A stretch of DNA of 64,000 nt from an uncultured Methanosarcinales archaeon (GTDB lineage Archaea > Nanobdellota > Nanobdellia > Woesearchaeales > GW2011-AR4). The position numbers and the translations under genes were made by a program. How positions within the stretch are numbered: position 1 is the first letter of the stretch; each line of letters begins with the position of its first letter. Under the pieces are notes generated by a model. It made no database searches, was not told the origin of the DNA, and saw nothing but the letters and a program-made list of their open reading frames with translations. Location of the stretch: contig CAYNCK010000075.1 of the NCBI GenBank assembly GCA_964396095.1, positions 8,626-72,625 on the forward strand. The letters are read 5' to 3'. This document shows positions 27,741 through 35,692 of the stretch, in pieces.

Positions 27741-28541
27741 ATGGAAAAGAGAAAACTCAAAATGAAAGCATTAAGCAAGGAAGAGATAAATCATATTTGT
27801 AGTTTATATGAGACTTATGGAAACGTCAGAAAAGTTTCTTATGCAAGTTCAAAATCAATAGGTGTGGTTCATAAATATCTTTCTAAGCATGAACTGATAA
27901 AAAAGCAGAATACTGTAAATAGAATCTCCAATGATGATGAACGATTGGTAGGCACTTATGTTGGCCTTTGGCTTGGCGACGGGACGCAGTACATAGATAG
28001 ACATAGATTTACTATCAAGATATGTTCAAACAAAAGAGATGTTCTGTTAAACAAGTTTATTCAGGAGCTCATTTTTCGGATATTCGGAAAGAAGACAAGC
28101 CTTATTAAAGAGAAAAATAGTAACAGGGCATATATAAAATTCCATTCAAAATTTATTTTTAATTTCATAAAAAGTTATGCAAGACATTCTGGCATTAAAA
28201 CTTATTCTGTAAGTCTTAGGAAGGATGTTGATGACTACCGGACAAAATTTCTTGAAGGATGCTTACTTGGATTGACGTTAAGCGATGGGTATCTTAAAAA
28301 GAATTTTGCATTTTCTACAGCATCACAAGACTTAGGATTTAATGTCTTTCAAATATTGAAGATATTTGGGTATAATCCTTATTTAAATACGCAAAAAAGA
28401 ATCAATAAAGCTGATTCCTTTAAAGTATCTTTGAGTTCATCTCAAAGCTTAAGATTAAGCAAATTCCTGGACAATATTATTATCTCTCTTGGTTTTAATT
28501 ACTCATTTCAAGAATTAAAGTATGGGCCCGGTGTGATTTGA
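27741..28541 (+). mobile_element. Free-standing double-motif LAGLIDADG homing endonuclease gene.
   Basis: Two LAGLIDADG motifs (LVGTYVGLWLGDGTQ and FLEGCLLGLTLSDGYL) and an N-terminal HTH-like segment. The 3' end of the ORF overlaps the 3' end of tRNA-Ile by 19 nt on the opposite strand. Confidence 0.75.
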
Positions 28542-28626
28542 ACGCACGACCTTCGCCTCTAGGAAAGCAAAAGCATTCTTTTGCTCATATCAGAGCGACG
28601 CTCTAACCAGGCTGAGCTACGGGCCC
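28523..28626 (-). tRNA. tRNA-Ile(GAU) with a canonical ~29-nt intron after position 37.
   Basis: Acceptor GGGCCCG/CGGGCCC + A. D-arm GCUC-AGCCUGGUUA-GAGC. Anticodon stem UCGCU/GGCGA with loop CU-GAU-A, then intron UGAGCAAAAGAAUGCUUUUGCUUUCCUAG. T-arm GUGCG-UUCAAAU-CACAC with one mismatch. Confidence 0.75.
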
Positions 28627-28666
28627 GAATAGAGCAATGAAAATTTGTTTGATTTATAAAGTTTTA

Positions 28667-28984
28667 TTATTTAATTGTATCAAGAATAAAATCCTTTATC
28701 TTTTGCAACTCCTCTTTCTTCACTTCCTTAAACCACAACTGGTCAGGGTAAATTACTATTGTTGCCCCAACATTGTTGCAGAATCCCAAGCATCCTGTCC
28801 TTGTAACCCAGACTTTTGAAGCCAAGCCATTTAATTTTGTCCAGTCTTTTAATTCCCGGAAAATCTCGTAACCTTTTACGCCTGAACAGCATTCTCTGCC
28901 GTCAGTCCTTTCATTAGTGCAGACGAGAATGTGTTTCAATGGCTTGTAAGGGATTTGTTGCATGATATAAAAGATTTCATACAC
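28667..28984 (-). CDS. Thioredoxin-like [2Fe-2S] ferredoxin.
   Basis: Cys pattern ILVCTNERTDGRECCSGVKG ... TRTGCLGFCNNVGATIVIYP is typical of the thioredoxin-like [2Fe-2S] ferredoxin family. Confidence 0.65.
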   Translation of the reverse strand: MYEIFYIMQQIPYKPLKHILVCTNERTDGRECCSGVKGYEIFRELKDWTKLNGLASKVWVTRTGCLGFCNNVGATIVIYPDQLWFKEVKKEELQKIKDFILDTIK

Positions 28985-29033
28985 TATATATAATAGTTAT
29001 GCAAGAATAAAACAATTGAAATAAAATAAAAAA

Positions 29034-29137
29034 CGCCCTCGACCAGACTCGAACTGGTGATCTTGTGATTAACAGTCACACGCTTTAAACAGTCTTTGAA
29101 CTTTGCTTTTCAAAAAAACCTGCTAAGCTACGAGGGC
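29034..29137 (-). tRNA. tRNA-Asn(GUU) with a ~30-nt intron inside the D-loop (non-canonical position).
   Basis: Acceptor GCCCUCG/CGAGGGC + G. D-stem GCUU...AAGC with a 39-nt D-loop (AGCAGG-UUUUUUUGAAAAGCAAAGUUCAAAGACUGUU-UA). Anticodon arm UGUGA-CUGUUAA-UCACA. T-arm ACCAG-UUCGAGU-CUGGU. Confidence 0.75.
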
Positions 29138-29191
29138 TTAAGAATAAAGTATAAAAGTTTCGTTTAAATAGGTTTCGTTGAGAAAATTTAA

Positions 29192-30304
29192 TTAATGCCT
29201 GACAAAATTGCAGGCTCTCCTTACCAGTTCATCAAGATTCATTTCATTATACTTGGGATTTCTTATATTTTCCAATGCTGCAGATTTCATCACGTCTGCG
29301 GCGCTTTTTTCTCCTGTTTGTTCAAGCATCATTGCATAGGACAAGAAAGCCGCTTCCGGTTTTATTTGCTGCACTAAAGAAGGATCATGTTTTCCGTCTG
29401 GACCATACCATTTGTCAGGAGCAGTCCCGTGAATTGGCTCAAACATCGACGGAAATTTCCCGGTAGGATTTATGTTTCCTGATACAGCAGTTCCAATACC
29501 ACCCTGAAGAATTGCGCCAATGTCGGTCATTATATCACCAAACATATTTTCAGTTATAACCACGTTAAATTGCTTGGGATTAACAAGCATCTGCATTCCA
29601 AAATTATCAACGTGCATATATTTTACATCAATATCATTTCTTTTAGAGTATTCCTCAAAAACCCTTTGCCATGTCGATGCGGCATAAGCCAAAACATTTG
29701 TTTTGAAAACTATATGCACAGTCGGTTTATCTCCGTGCTGTCTTGCTAATGCCCTCTCAACTGCATACTCCATCAGTCTTTTGACACCCCTGTAAGAACA
29801 TTTCATAACCTGATATGCAATTTCATCATCTGTTCCTTTGTTTTCAACACTTCCGATGTTGGCGTACAATCCTTCAGAGTTCTCCCTTAATATTTCAAAA
29901 TTTATATCTTTGGAAGTTTTTCCGACCAGAACAGAAGGTACACCTTCTGGCAAAACAACAGGCCTTAGATTAACATACTGGTCAAATTCCTGCCTGATAT
30001 TTAATAAAATTCCAATTTCAAGAACTCCTGGTTTTATTTTGCTTGGATCACCGACTGCCCCTAAAAAAATCTGGTCATATCCTCTTAACCCATCTAGATC
30101 GTCTGTGTCTAGCGCCTTGATCCCTCTTTGAAGAAAATAATCAGCATTGAAAGGAAATCTTGTATGAACTATTCGTTTTGTTAATCTACCGCTTACTGCC
30201 TCGCTTAATTCAAGCACAGCATTTGTGACTGTTATCCCATTTAAGTCGCCCGGTATGACTGCAATGTTATGATAATCTTTTGTCATTTTGTTAAATCCCA
30301 GCAA
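29192..30304 (-). CDS. leuB: Isopropylmalate / homoisocitrate / isocitrate dehydrogenase family enzyme (LeuB-like).
   Basis: NMFGDIMTDIGAILQGGIGTAVSGNI matches the beta-decarboxylating dehydrogenase signature. It is adjacent to the leuC and leuD homologues. Confidence 0.8.
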   Translation of the reverse strand: MLGFNKMTKDYHNIAVIPGDLNGITVTNAVLELSEAVSGRLTKRIVHTRFPFNADYFLQRGIKALDTDDLDGLRGYDQIFLGAVGDPSKIKPGVLEIGILLNIRQEFDQYVNLRPVVLPEGVPSVLVGKTSKDINFEILRENSEGLYANIGSVENKGTDDEIAYQVMKCSYRGVKRLMEYAVERALARQHGDKPTVHIVFKTNVLAYAASTWQRVFEEYSKRNDIDVKYMHVDNFGMQMLVNPKQFNVVITENMFGDIMTDIGAILQGGIGTAVSGNINPTGKFPSMFEPIHGTAPDKWYGPDGKHDPSLVQQIKPEAAFLSYAMMLEQTGEKSAADVMKSAALENIRNPKYNEMNLDELVRRACNFVRH

Positions 30305-30307
30305 AAA

Positions 30308-30916
30308 TCAGTTATTGGCAAAGCCATTCATGTAAGGCAGTCCAATGGCTACCCTTTTTGTCTTATCGGAATTTGCCTTCAGCATGCTTAAGGCATCCCA
30401 TTTTCCCTCAAGCAGTGCAAGCCTCGATGATTCCGGAATATTTATAGGAACAGCTACTTGTCCAAAAGCAAGAGTTTTTGTTCCAAGATCAATAGTATAC
30501 TCTGTACCAGGATTATTTTTTGTATATTCCATCAATTCAGAAATCACAGACGAAGTTGCAGTCACTGCCGGAATTCCCAAAGACCTGCAGTTTCCTTCAA
30601 ATATTGCAGCGTAAGATTCGCCGACAATTGCCCGGATTCCATAATGCATAATTGCTTGTGGAGCGGTTTCTCTTGAAGAGCCAGAGCCGAAATTCTTTTC
30701 AACAATCATAATTGATGACCCCTTATACCTCGAATCATTAAGCGGATGATTTGCATCAGCTTTTCTTGCATCACGAAAAAGGTAATTAACTGCATTGGCA
30801 AATGTTGTTTCTGTCATTGCATCTGCCGGAGTAATCTGGTCTGTATCAATATTATCCCCTTTTATTGGAATTGCTGTTCCTGACACTCTTAAAATTTTTA
30901 AATCATCAATTGACAT
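30308..30916 (-). CDS. leuD: 3-isopropylmalate/(homo)aconitate dehydratase small subunit.
   Basis: Aconitase swivel domain of 202 aa with GDNIDTDQITPA. Confidence 0.8.
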   Translation of the reverse strand: MSIDDLKILRVSGTAIPIKGDNIDTDQITPADAMTETTFANAVNYLFRDARKADANHPLNDSRYKGSSIMIVEKNFGSGSSRETAPQAIMHYGIRAIVGESYAAIFEGNCRSLGIPAVTATSSVISELMEYTKNNPGTEYTIDLGTKTLAFGQVAVPINIPESSRLALLEGKWDALSMLKANSDKTKRVAIGLPYMNGFANN

Positions 30917-30922
30917 TTTGCC

Positions 30923-32350
30923 TCATAGTAATTCTCTTACATCATTAACATAACCTTTTACGGCTGCAGCTGCAACCATTGCAGGGCTCATCAAAAGAGT
31001 TCTTCCCTGCGGGCTTCCCTGCCTGCCAACGAAGTTCCTGTTTGAAGACGATGCACTTATTTGGTCACCGATAAGCTTGTCAGGGTTCATTGCAAGGCAC
31101 ATTGAGCAGCCAGCCTCGCGCCACTCTGCTCCTGCTCCCTTGAAAATCCTGTCAAGGCCTTCCTTCTCTGCCTGAATTTTTACAGAATTTGAGCCTGGTA
31201 CAACTAATGCTGTTACTCCATCTGCAACTCCATATATCTCAAAAATTTTTGCCGCTTCTCTCAAATCCGAAATCCTGCTGTTTGTGCATGAGCCTATGAA
31301 TGCAACACTTATTGGAGTTCCATAAATTGGATCTCCAGGTGTGAATCTCATATGGTCATAAGCTTTCTTTGCTGAGCCTCTTTCGCTTTCGGCAAGTTCC
31401 TCAAGCTGCGGCATTCTTTGGCTAATAGCGATCGATTGCCCAGGATTAGTGCCCCAAGTGACCATAGGTTCCAAAGTTATTGCGTTAAATTTAACGTGAT
31501 CATCATATTGTGCATTGCTATCTGAAGCAATAGATTTCCAATATCTTATTGCTCTTTCAAAATTATTTCCCTTTGGAGAAAATTTTCTCCCATCAAGATA
31601 ATCAAAAGTATTTTCGTCGGGATTTACATATCCAACCAAGGCACCTCCCTCAATGCTCATGTTGCATAAAGTCATCCTTTGCTCCATGCTCATGTTTTTA
31701 ATTGTACTTCCATTAAATTCGTAAGCAAATCCTTTGCCGCCCGATACACCAAGTCCGTTTATTATTGCAAGAACTACATCTTTTGCATAAACTCCCTTAG
31801 ATAATGCTCCATCAAAATCTATCCTCCTTACATTAAGCTTGCTGACAGGGAGTGTTTGTGTTTCAAGAATATAAGCAATTTCAGTAGAACCAATCCCAAA
31901 AGCCAATGAGCCAAATGCGCCATGCGTGCTTGTGTGACTATCTCCGCATGCAATTGTCATTCCGGGTTGAGTTAATCCTAACTCAGGTCCAATTACATGC
32001 ACAATTCCGTTTAATCCAGATTCTGGACCAAAAAAAGTTATTCCGTATTTATCAGCATTTTTTTCCAAAGCCCTCATCAGGCTCTCTGCCTTAAAATCTG
32101 CAAATGGCCTCTGAAGGCTTTTGGTTGGAATCATATGATCTGCTGTTGCGTAAGTTCTGTCAGGAAACAAAACTTTTCCATTCCTTCCTCTTAACATTTC
32201 AAATGCCGGAGAACTCGTAACATCATGCACTAGATGCAATCCTATAATGAGCTGATATTGTCCAGTCGGTAATTTATCAACAACATGAGAATCAAATACT
32301 TTATCGTACAAAGTGCCTTGCGACATATTTACTCGGTAGTGGCAATTCAT
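30923..32350 (-). CDS. leuC: 3-isopropylmalate/(homo)aconitate dehydratase large subunit.
   Basis: Aconitase catalytic motifs GDSHTSTHGAFGSLAFGIGSTE and the Cys ligands (GSCTNSR, CSMC). Confidence 0.85.
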   Translation of the reverse strand: MNCHYRVNMSQGTLYDKVFDSHVVDKLPTGQYQLIIGLHLVHDVTSSPAFEMLRGRNGKVLFPDRTYATADHMIPTKSLQRPFADFKAESLMRALEKNADKYGITFFGPESGLNGIVHVIGPELGLTQPGMTIACGDSHTSTHGAFGSLAFGIGSTEIAYILETQTLPVSKLNVRRIDFDGALSKGVYAKDVVLAIINGLGVSGGKGFAYEFNGSTIKNMSMEQRMTLCNMSIEGGALVGYVNPDENTFDYLDGRKFSPKGNNFERAIRYWKSIASDSNAQYDDHVKFNAITLEPMVTWGTNPGQSIAISQRMPQLEELAESERGSAKKAYDHMRFTPGDPIYGTPISVAFIGSCTNSRISDLREAAKIFEIYGVADGVTALVVPGSNSVKIQAEKEGLDRIFKGAGAEWREAGCSMCLAMNPDKLIGDQISASSSNRNFVGRQGSPQGRTLLMSPAMVAAAAVKGYVNDVRELL

Positions 32351-32452
32351 TTATAAATCTTTCAGGATTAAAAATCAAATTAACTTTTCAATCAATCAAT
32401 TTTTATAACAAACTACCTTCCCGTAGCTTTTTCAGAAGGGGGTTTAATAAAA

Positions 32453-32860
32453 ATGAAAGAATCGTCAGGTGAAAGTCTTGAGGAAAGAGCTGTTCCAGTG
32501 CCTTTTGCTTTGGAACAGCAAGTCAGGAGGGAAATTCTTGATAGAAGATTACAATGGGATTATTATGCAAAGGTTTTCACGATTGCAAGATTAAGCAAAT
32601 TAAGCAGGGAACAAGTACAGGATTTAATTAAGAAGAGCAAATCACCTTCTGTAACATCAGACGGGGAAACAGCTATAAATCTAAAAACATTAATTCCCTA
32701 CATGAGGGACAAGACTATTTATCAAGCCCAGGCACTGGTACTTTTCAGGCATTACATGAGCATAGGAAGAAATAACAATGGTGGATCGTCAAGAGACTTC
32801 TTTGATCAAAGATATTTACCTACAGGTTACCTGACTTCAGGTTATGCATGGAGAAAATAA
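32453..32860 (+). CDS. Hypothetical protein.
   Basis: 135-aa ORF with no recognisable motif. Confidence 0.3.
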   Translation: MKESSGESLEERAVPVPFALEQQVRREILDRRLQWDYYAKVFTIARLSKLSREQVQDLIKKSKSPSVTSDGETAINLKTLIPYMRDKTIYQAQALVLFRHYMSIGRNNNGGSSRDFFDQRYLPTGYLTSGYAWRK

Positions 32861-32882
32861 ACTATTTTAAATCAGTTCAGAA

Positions 32883-33296
32883 TTAATTTACTTCAACAAT
32901 CTTTACCTTGAAAGTCAATTCTTTTCCGGCCAAAGGATGGTTTAAGTCAATCACAACAGAATCTTTGTTTACTTCCTTTACAAATGCAGGAATGCTCTGC
33001 CCATCAGGCGATTTAATGACTAATTTTCCGTTGACTTCAACATTTTCAGGAAACTTTTCCCTTGGAATGCTCATGACAAGCTGCTCCTGCGATTCTCCGT
33101 AGGCATCTTCTGGCTTGATATTGATAGTTCTTTCCTCGTTTAATTTCATTTCCTTTATACCGTCCTCAAATCCCTTTATAACCTGGCTTTCACCTATTGT
33201 AAATTCTAAAGGTTCTTTTCCTTCGCTTGAATCAAATACTGTTCCGTCATTTAAAGTTCCTGTGTAATGGACTTTGACTTTTGTTCCTTGGTTCAA
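32883..33296 (-). CDS. FKBP-type peptidyl-prolyl cis-trans isomerase (short archaeal SlyD-like form).
   Basis: VKVHYTGTLNDGTVFDSS...LEFTIGESQVIKGFEDGIKEMKLNEERTINIKPEDAYGE. Confidence 0.85.
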   Translation of the reverse strand: MNQGTKVKVHYTGTLNDGTVFDSSEGKEPLEFTIGESQVIKGFEDGIKEMKLNEERTINIKPEDAYGESQEQLVMSIPREKFPENVEVNGKLVIKSPDGQSIPAFVKEVNKDSVVIDLNHPLAGKELTFKVKIVEVN

Positions 33297-33464
33297 TTGA
33301 AATCACCTATTGTTATAGAATTAAGAAATAATATTTAAGGGTTTTGGGGAGAGTCTTAGCTTCTTTATCTTCATCTTGGCAATGTTTTTCTCGCTTTCCA
33401 AAATCTGATTCATTATATCAGAATTTTGAAGTATTTCTATTGTTTCTTTCATGCTTTCACTGCG

Positions 33465-33626
33465 TTAGTTAAAGTTTAATTGATTCTTGTCCGTTATTTT
33501 ATAAACTTCAAAACTAATAGTGTCGCCTACTTTAATGTTCTTCTCTTTCATGTATTCCGGCGGAATAATAACAGCCATTCCGTTTTTTCCAAATTTTATT
33601 ATTTTTGAGGTTAGGATTTCAATCAC
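33465..33626 (-). CDS. Small AbrB/SpoVT-like (swapped-hairpin) protein, a putative second antitoxin.
   Basis: GTG-initiated 53-aa ORF reading VIEILTSKIIKFGKNGMAVIIPPEYMKEKNIKVGDTISFEVYKITDKNQLNFN. The G..avIP.e....i..GD.v pattern fits AbrB/MazE. It overlaps the 3' end of the RelE gene by 4 nt. Confidence 0.4.
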   Translation of the reverse strand: MIEILTSKIIKFGKNGMAVIIPPEYMKEKNIKVGDTISFEVYKITDKNQLNFN

Positions 33627-33871
33627 TGCTCGTCTTTATGGTATAAGTCAAGAAGAATTATTTTATCTTCTTCTTTCAGATATTCATATGCAAGCCTATA
33701 AGGAGCAATGTACAACTCTCTTGTGCCTTTTCTTGAGTACATCATCGGCTTTCCGATTTCAGGATTATCCCTAATCTTTCCTATTTGCTTAAGTATTTTT
33801 TCCTTTGTGGATTTGTCCTTTATTTTTGAAAATAATTTTTGGAAAGAATCATTAAACCTAACCTTTACCAT
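33623..33871 (-). CDS. RelE/ParE-family type II toxin.
   Basis: 82 aa. The C-terminal YRLAYEYLKEEDKIILLDLYHKDEQ is typical of RelE/ParE. It overlaps the upstream antitoxin gene by 7 nt. Confidence 0.7.
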   Translation of the reverse strand: MVKVRFNDSFQKLFSKIKDKSTKEKILKQIGKIRDNPEIGKPMMYSRKGTRELYIAPYRLAYEYLKEEDKIILLDLYHKDEQ

Positions 33872-34143
33872 TTTTTAGCTTCTTTCATGAAATCATCAAA
33901 ATCCATTTCTATAAATTCCCCTTTCTCGTACCTCTTGTATGCCTCTTCAGTCCTTCTTGCAAACTCCAAGTCTTCAGCAAGAGACTTACTCATCTCTGAA
34001 GCTTTTTTTAGTATAATCTGCTTCCCGTTTTTAATTAATACAAGTTTTTCTCCTTCTTTGATATCTTCCCTCATCTCCAAGGGTATTACAATCTGGCCTT
34101 TTGAGCTCATCTTGGTTATGCTTATATCCATTTCAATCACCAA
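33865..34143 (-). CDS. AbrB/MazE/SpoVT-type antitoxin.
   Basis: MSSKGQIVIPLEMREDIKEGEKLVLIKNGKQIILKK is a swapped-hairpin beta-barrel motif. It lies immediately upstream of, and overlaps, the RelE gene. Confidence 0.65.
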   Translation of the reverse strand: MVIEMDISITKMSSKGQIVIPLEMREDIKEGEKLVLIKNGKQIILKKASEMSKSLAEDLEFARRTEEAYKRYEKGEFIEMDFDDFMKEAKKW

Positions 34144-34235
34144 GTAAGATTAGTCTTACTTGTATATAAATGTTTTTATTTGGAAAAGCTTTGAGATAGA
34201 AAGATTTATTAAATAGATAATCAATTTATTTATTA

Positions 34236-34367
34236 TGGCAGAGACAGTTACAATAACAAAGAGAGAGTATCAAAAGCTTAAAAAAAAGGAAGAAATAGAC
34301 ACGGAGCTCCTCAAGGACATAGCTTCAGGAATGAAAGATATACTAAGAGGAAAAATAAATGAAGTTT
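34236..34367 (+). CDS. Small 43-aa ORF, possibly an orphan antitoxin-like protein.
   Basis: MAETVTITKREYQKLKKKEEIDTELLKDIASGMKDILRGKINEV. It is convergent with, and overlaps by 2 nt, a RelE-like gene. Confidence 0.25.
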
Positions 34368-34680
34368 AAAGATTTTTCAGAATTTTATCAAGCTCTTCTT
34401 TATAGACATCAAGATTTGATTTTATAATGTCAATAACCTGCTGCTGTGTTTTCTTGCCGCTGATTGTTATTAAGAATACAACCTGATGTGAATCATACAC
34501 CAAGAAATACATCCTATTGCCGTTAAATTTCTTTTCTCTGAAGAAATCATAGCCAAGCGGCCTTCCCTGATATGGGTTTTGCTTTAGCGACTGCTCAAAA
34601 TTACTTACTCTTTTTTGCTCCTGGCTGCTTAACTTATCCAGCTTCTTGCCATACCAGTCTGAGCGGAATACACGGAACAT
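34366..34680 (-). CDS. RelE/ParE-like toxin (second copy).
   Basis: 104 aa. ...NPYQGRPLGYDFFREKKFNGNRMYFLVYDSHQVVFLITISGKK fits the RelE/ParE core fold pattern. No cognate antitoxin lies directly upstream on the same strand. Confidence 0.55.
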   Translation of the reverse strand: MFRVFRSDWYGKKLDKLSSQEQKRVSNFEQSLKQNPYQGRPLGYDFFREKKFNGNRMYFLVYDSHQVVFLITISGKKTQQQVIDIIKSNLDVYKEELDKILKNL

Positions 34681-34852
34681 AAACAGGATAAGGTATTTGA
34701 TTGTATTTAAGGATTGTGGGAAAATATTTTAAAAATTATTATATGCATTCCTTTTCCAGAAATTTTTCATTTTGAGGTTTGGGATTTTGTATCTTTGATT
34801 ATTTATGGAAGATTTAAAGGTTTTGTATATGATTTTAGTAAAAAATAGAATT

Positions 34853-35692
34853 CTAAGATTTCATCTTCTTCCATTTCTTTAAGGTTTTTATAAATTTACT
34901 TTTTAAAATGAAATAATATTTAGATAACTTCTCAAATGTACCTATGATTGTCAATAAAAATAATGATGATGAGATTACCCAGTTATTTTTTATAAAATCT
35001 ATAATTACATAATGAATGGGTTTATAATATTTTAAATTAATATAAAAATCTTTATTGGACTTGAAGTTCCAACTTAAAATACTTTGCTTATCTTCGAAAA
35101 ATAAAGTTGCATTATTTGGAAAGATTTGGGTGGGGTAATAATTAGTTGGTAAGTGAATTATAATTTTATTATAAGTTTCATCACCACCCAATTTTTGGGG
35201 AAATATATTTAAATTTCTTACGTTGTTAATAATACCTAATTTTTTATAATTGTCTTTAGATATATCGTTATAATCTTGTCTTGATATTGTTTCAATCTTA
35301 TTATTGCCTTTATTTTTATAAAAAATCCAATAAGAGAATGTTTTATTCTCTTCTATGAAACCATACCCTTCTACAAATTCTTTACACTGAATTCCAAAGC
35401 AATCTAAATTTTTTTTAACTAATTCTTCTGTCAATGGATTTAATTCTTCATTATTTGCATAAATCTTAACTATTTTTTTAAGGAAATTTTCTTTTGAAGA
35501 ATAAAGATAGAATATTCCAAAAGGATCTCCGATTGGGGAATCTGTTTCAATATAATCAATTTTTTTTACCAGTATATAATCATCAAATAAAGTAATATCC
35601 AAATGAGAAAATTTAGTTTGCTGAGCATATGAATTAATAAGTTGGGAATTATAAATAAAAATGATAATTATTAAAAATATTAATTTTTTCAT
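34853..35692 (-). CDS. Very AT-rich secreted protein with a signal peptide and a C-terminal TM anchor. Unknown function.
   Basis: Signal MKKLIFLIIIIFIYNSQLINSYAQQ. C-terminal hydrophobic helix plus KKWKKMKS tail. The composition is dominated by K/N/I/Y/F. Its start abuts the stop of the radical SAM gene (35692/35693). Confidence 0.45.
   Translation of the reverse strand: MKKLIFLIIIIFIYNSQLINSYAQQTKFSHLDITLFDDYILVKKIDYIETDSPIGDPFGIFYLYSSKENFLKKIVKIYANNEELNPLTEELVKKNLDCFGIQCKEFVEGYGFIEENKTFSYWIFYKNKGNNKIETISRQDYNDISKDNYKKLGIINNVRNLNIFPQKLGGDETYNKIIIHLPTNYYPTQIFPNNATLFFEDKQSILSWNFKSNKDFYINLKYYKPIHYVIIDFIKNNWVISSSLFLLTIIGTFEKLSKYYFILKSKFIKTLKKWKKMKS

Noticed and set aside
33321-33452. A 43-aa minus-strand ORF (MKETIEILQNSDIMNQILESEKNIAKMKIKK...) downstream of the AbrB-like mini-gene.
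   Set aside because: No recognisable fold or motif, and very short. It is mentioned only as part of the TA islet.
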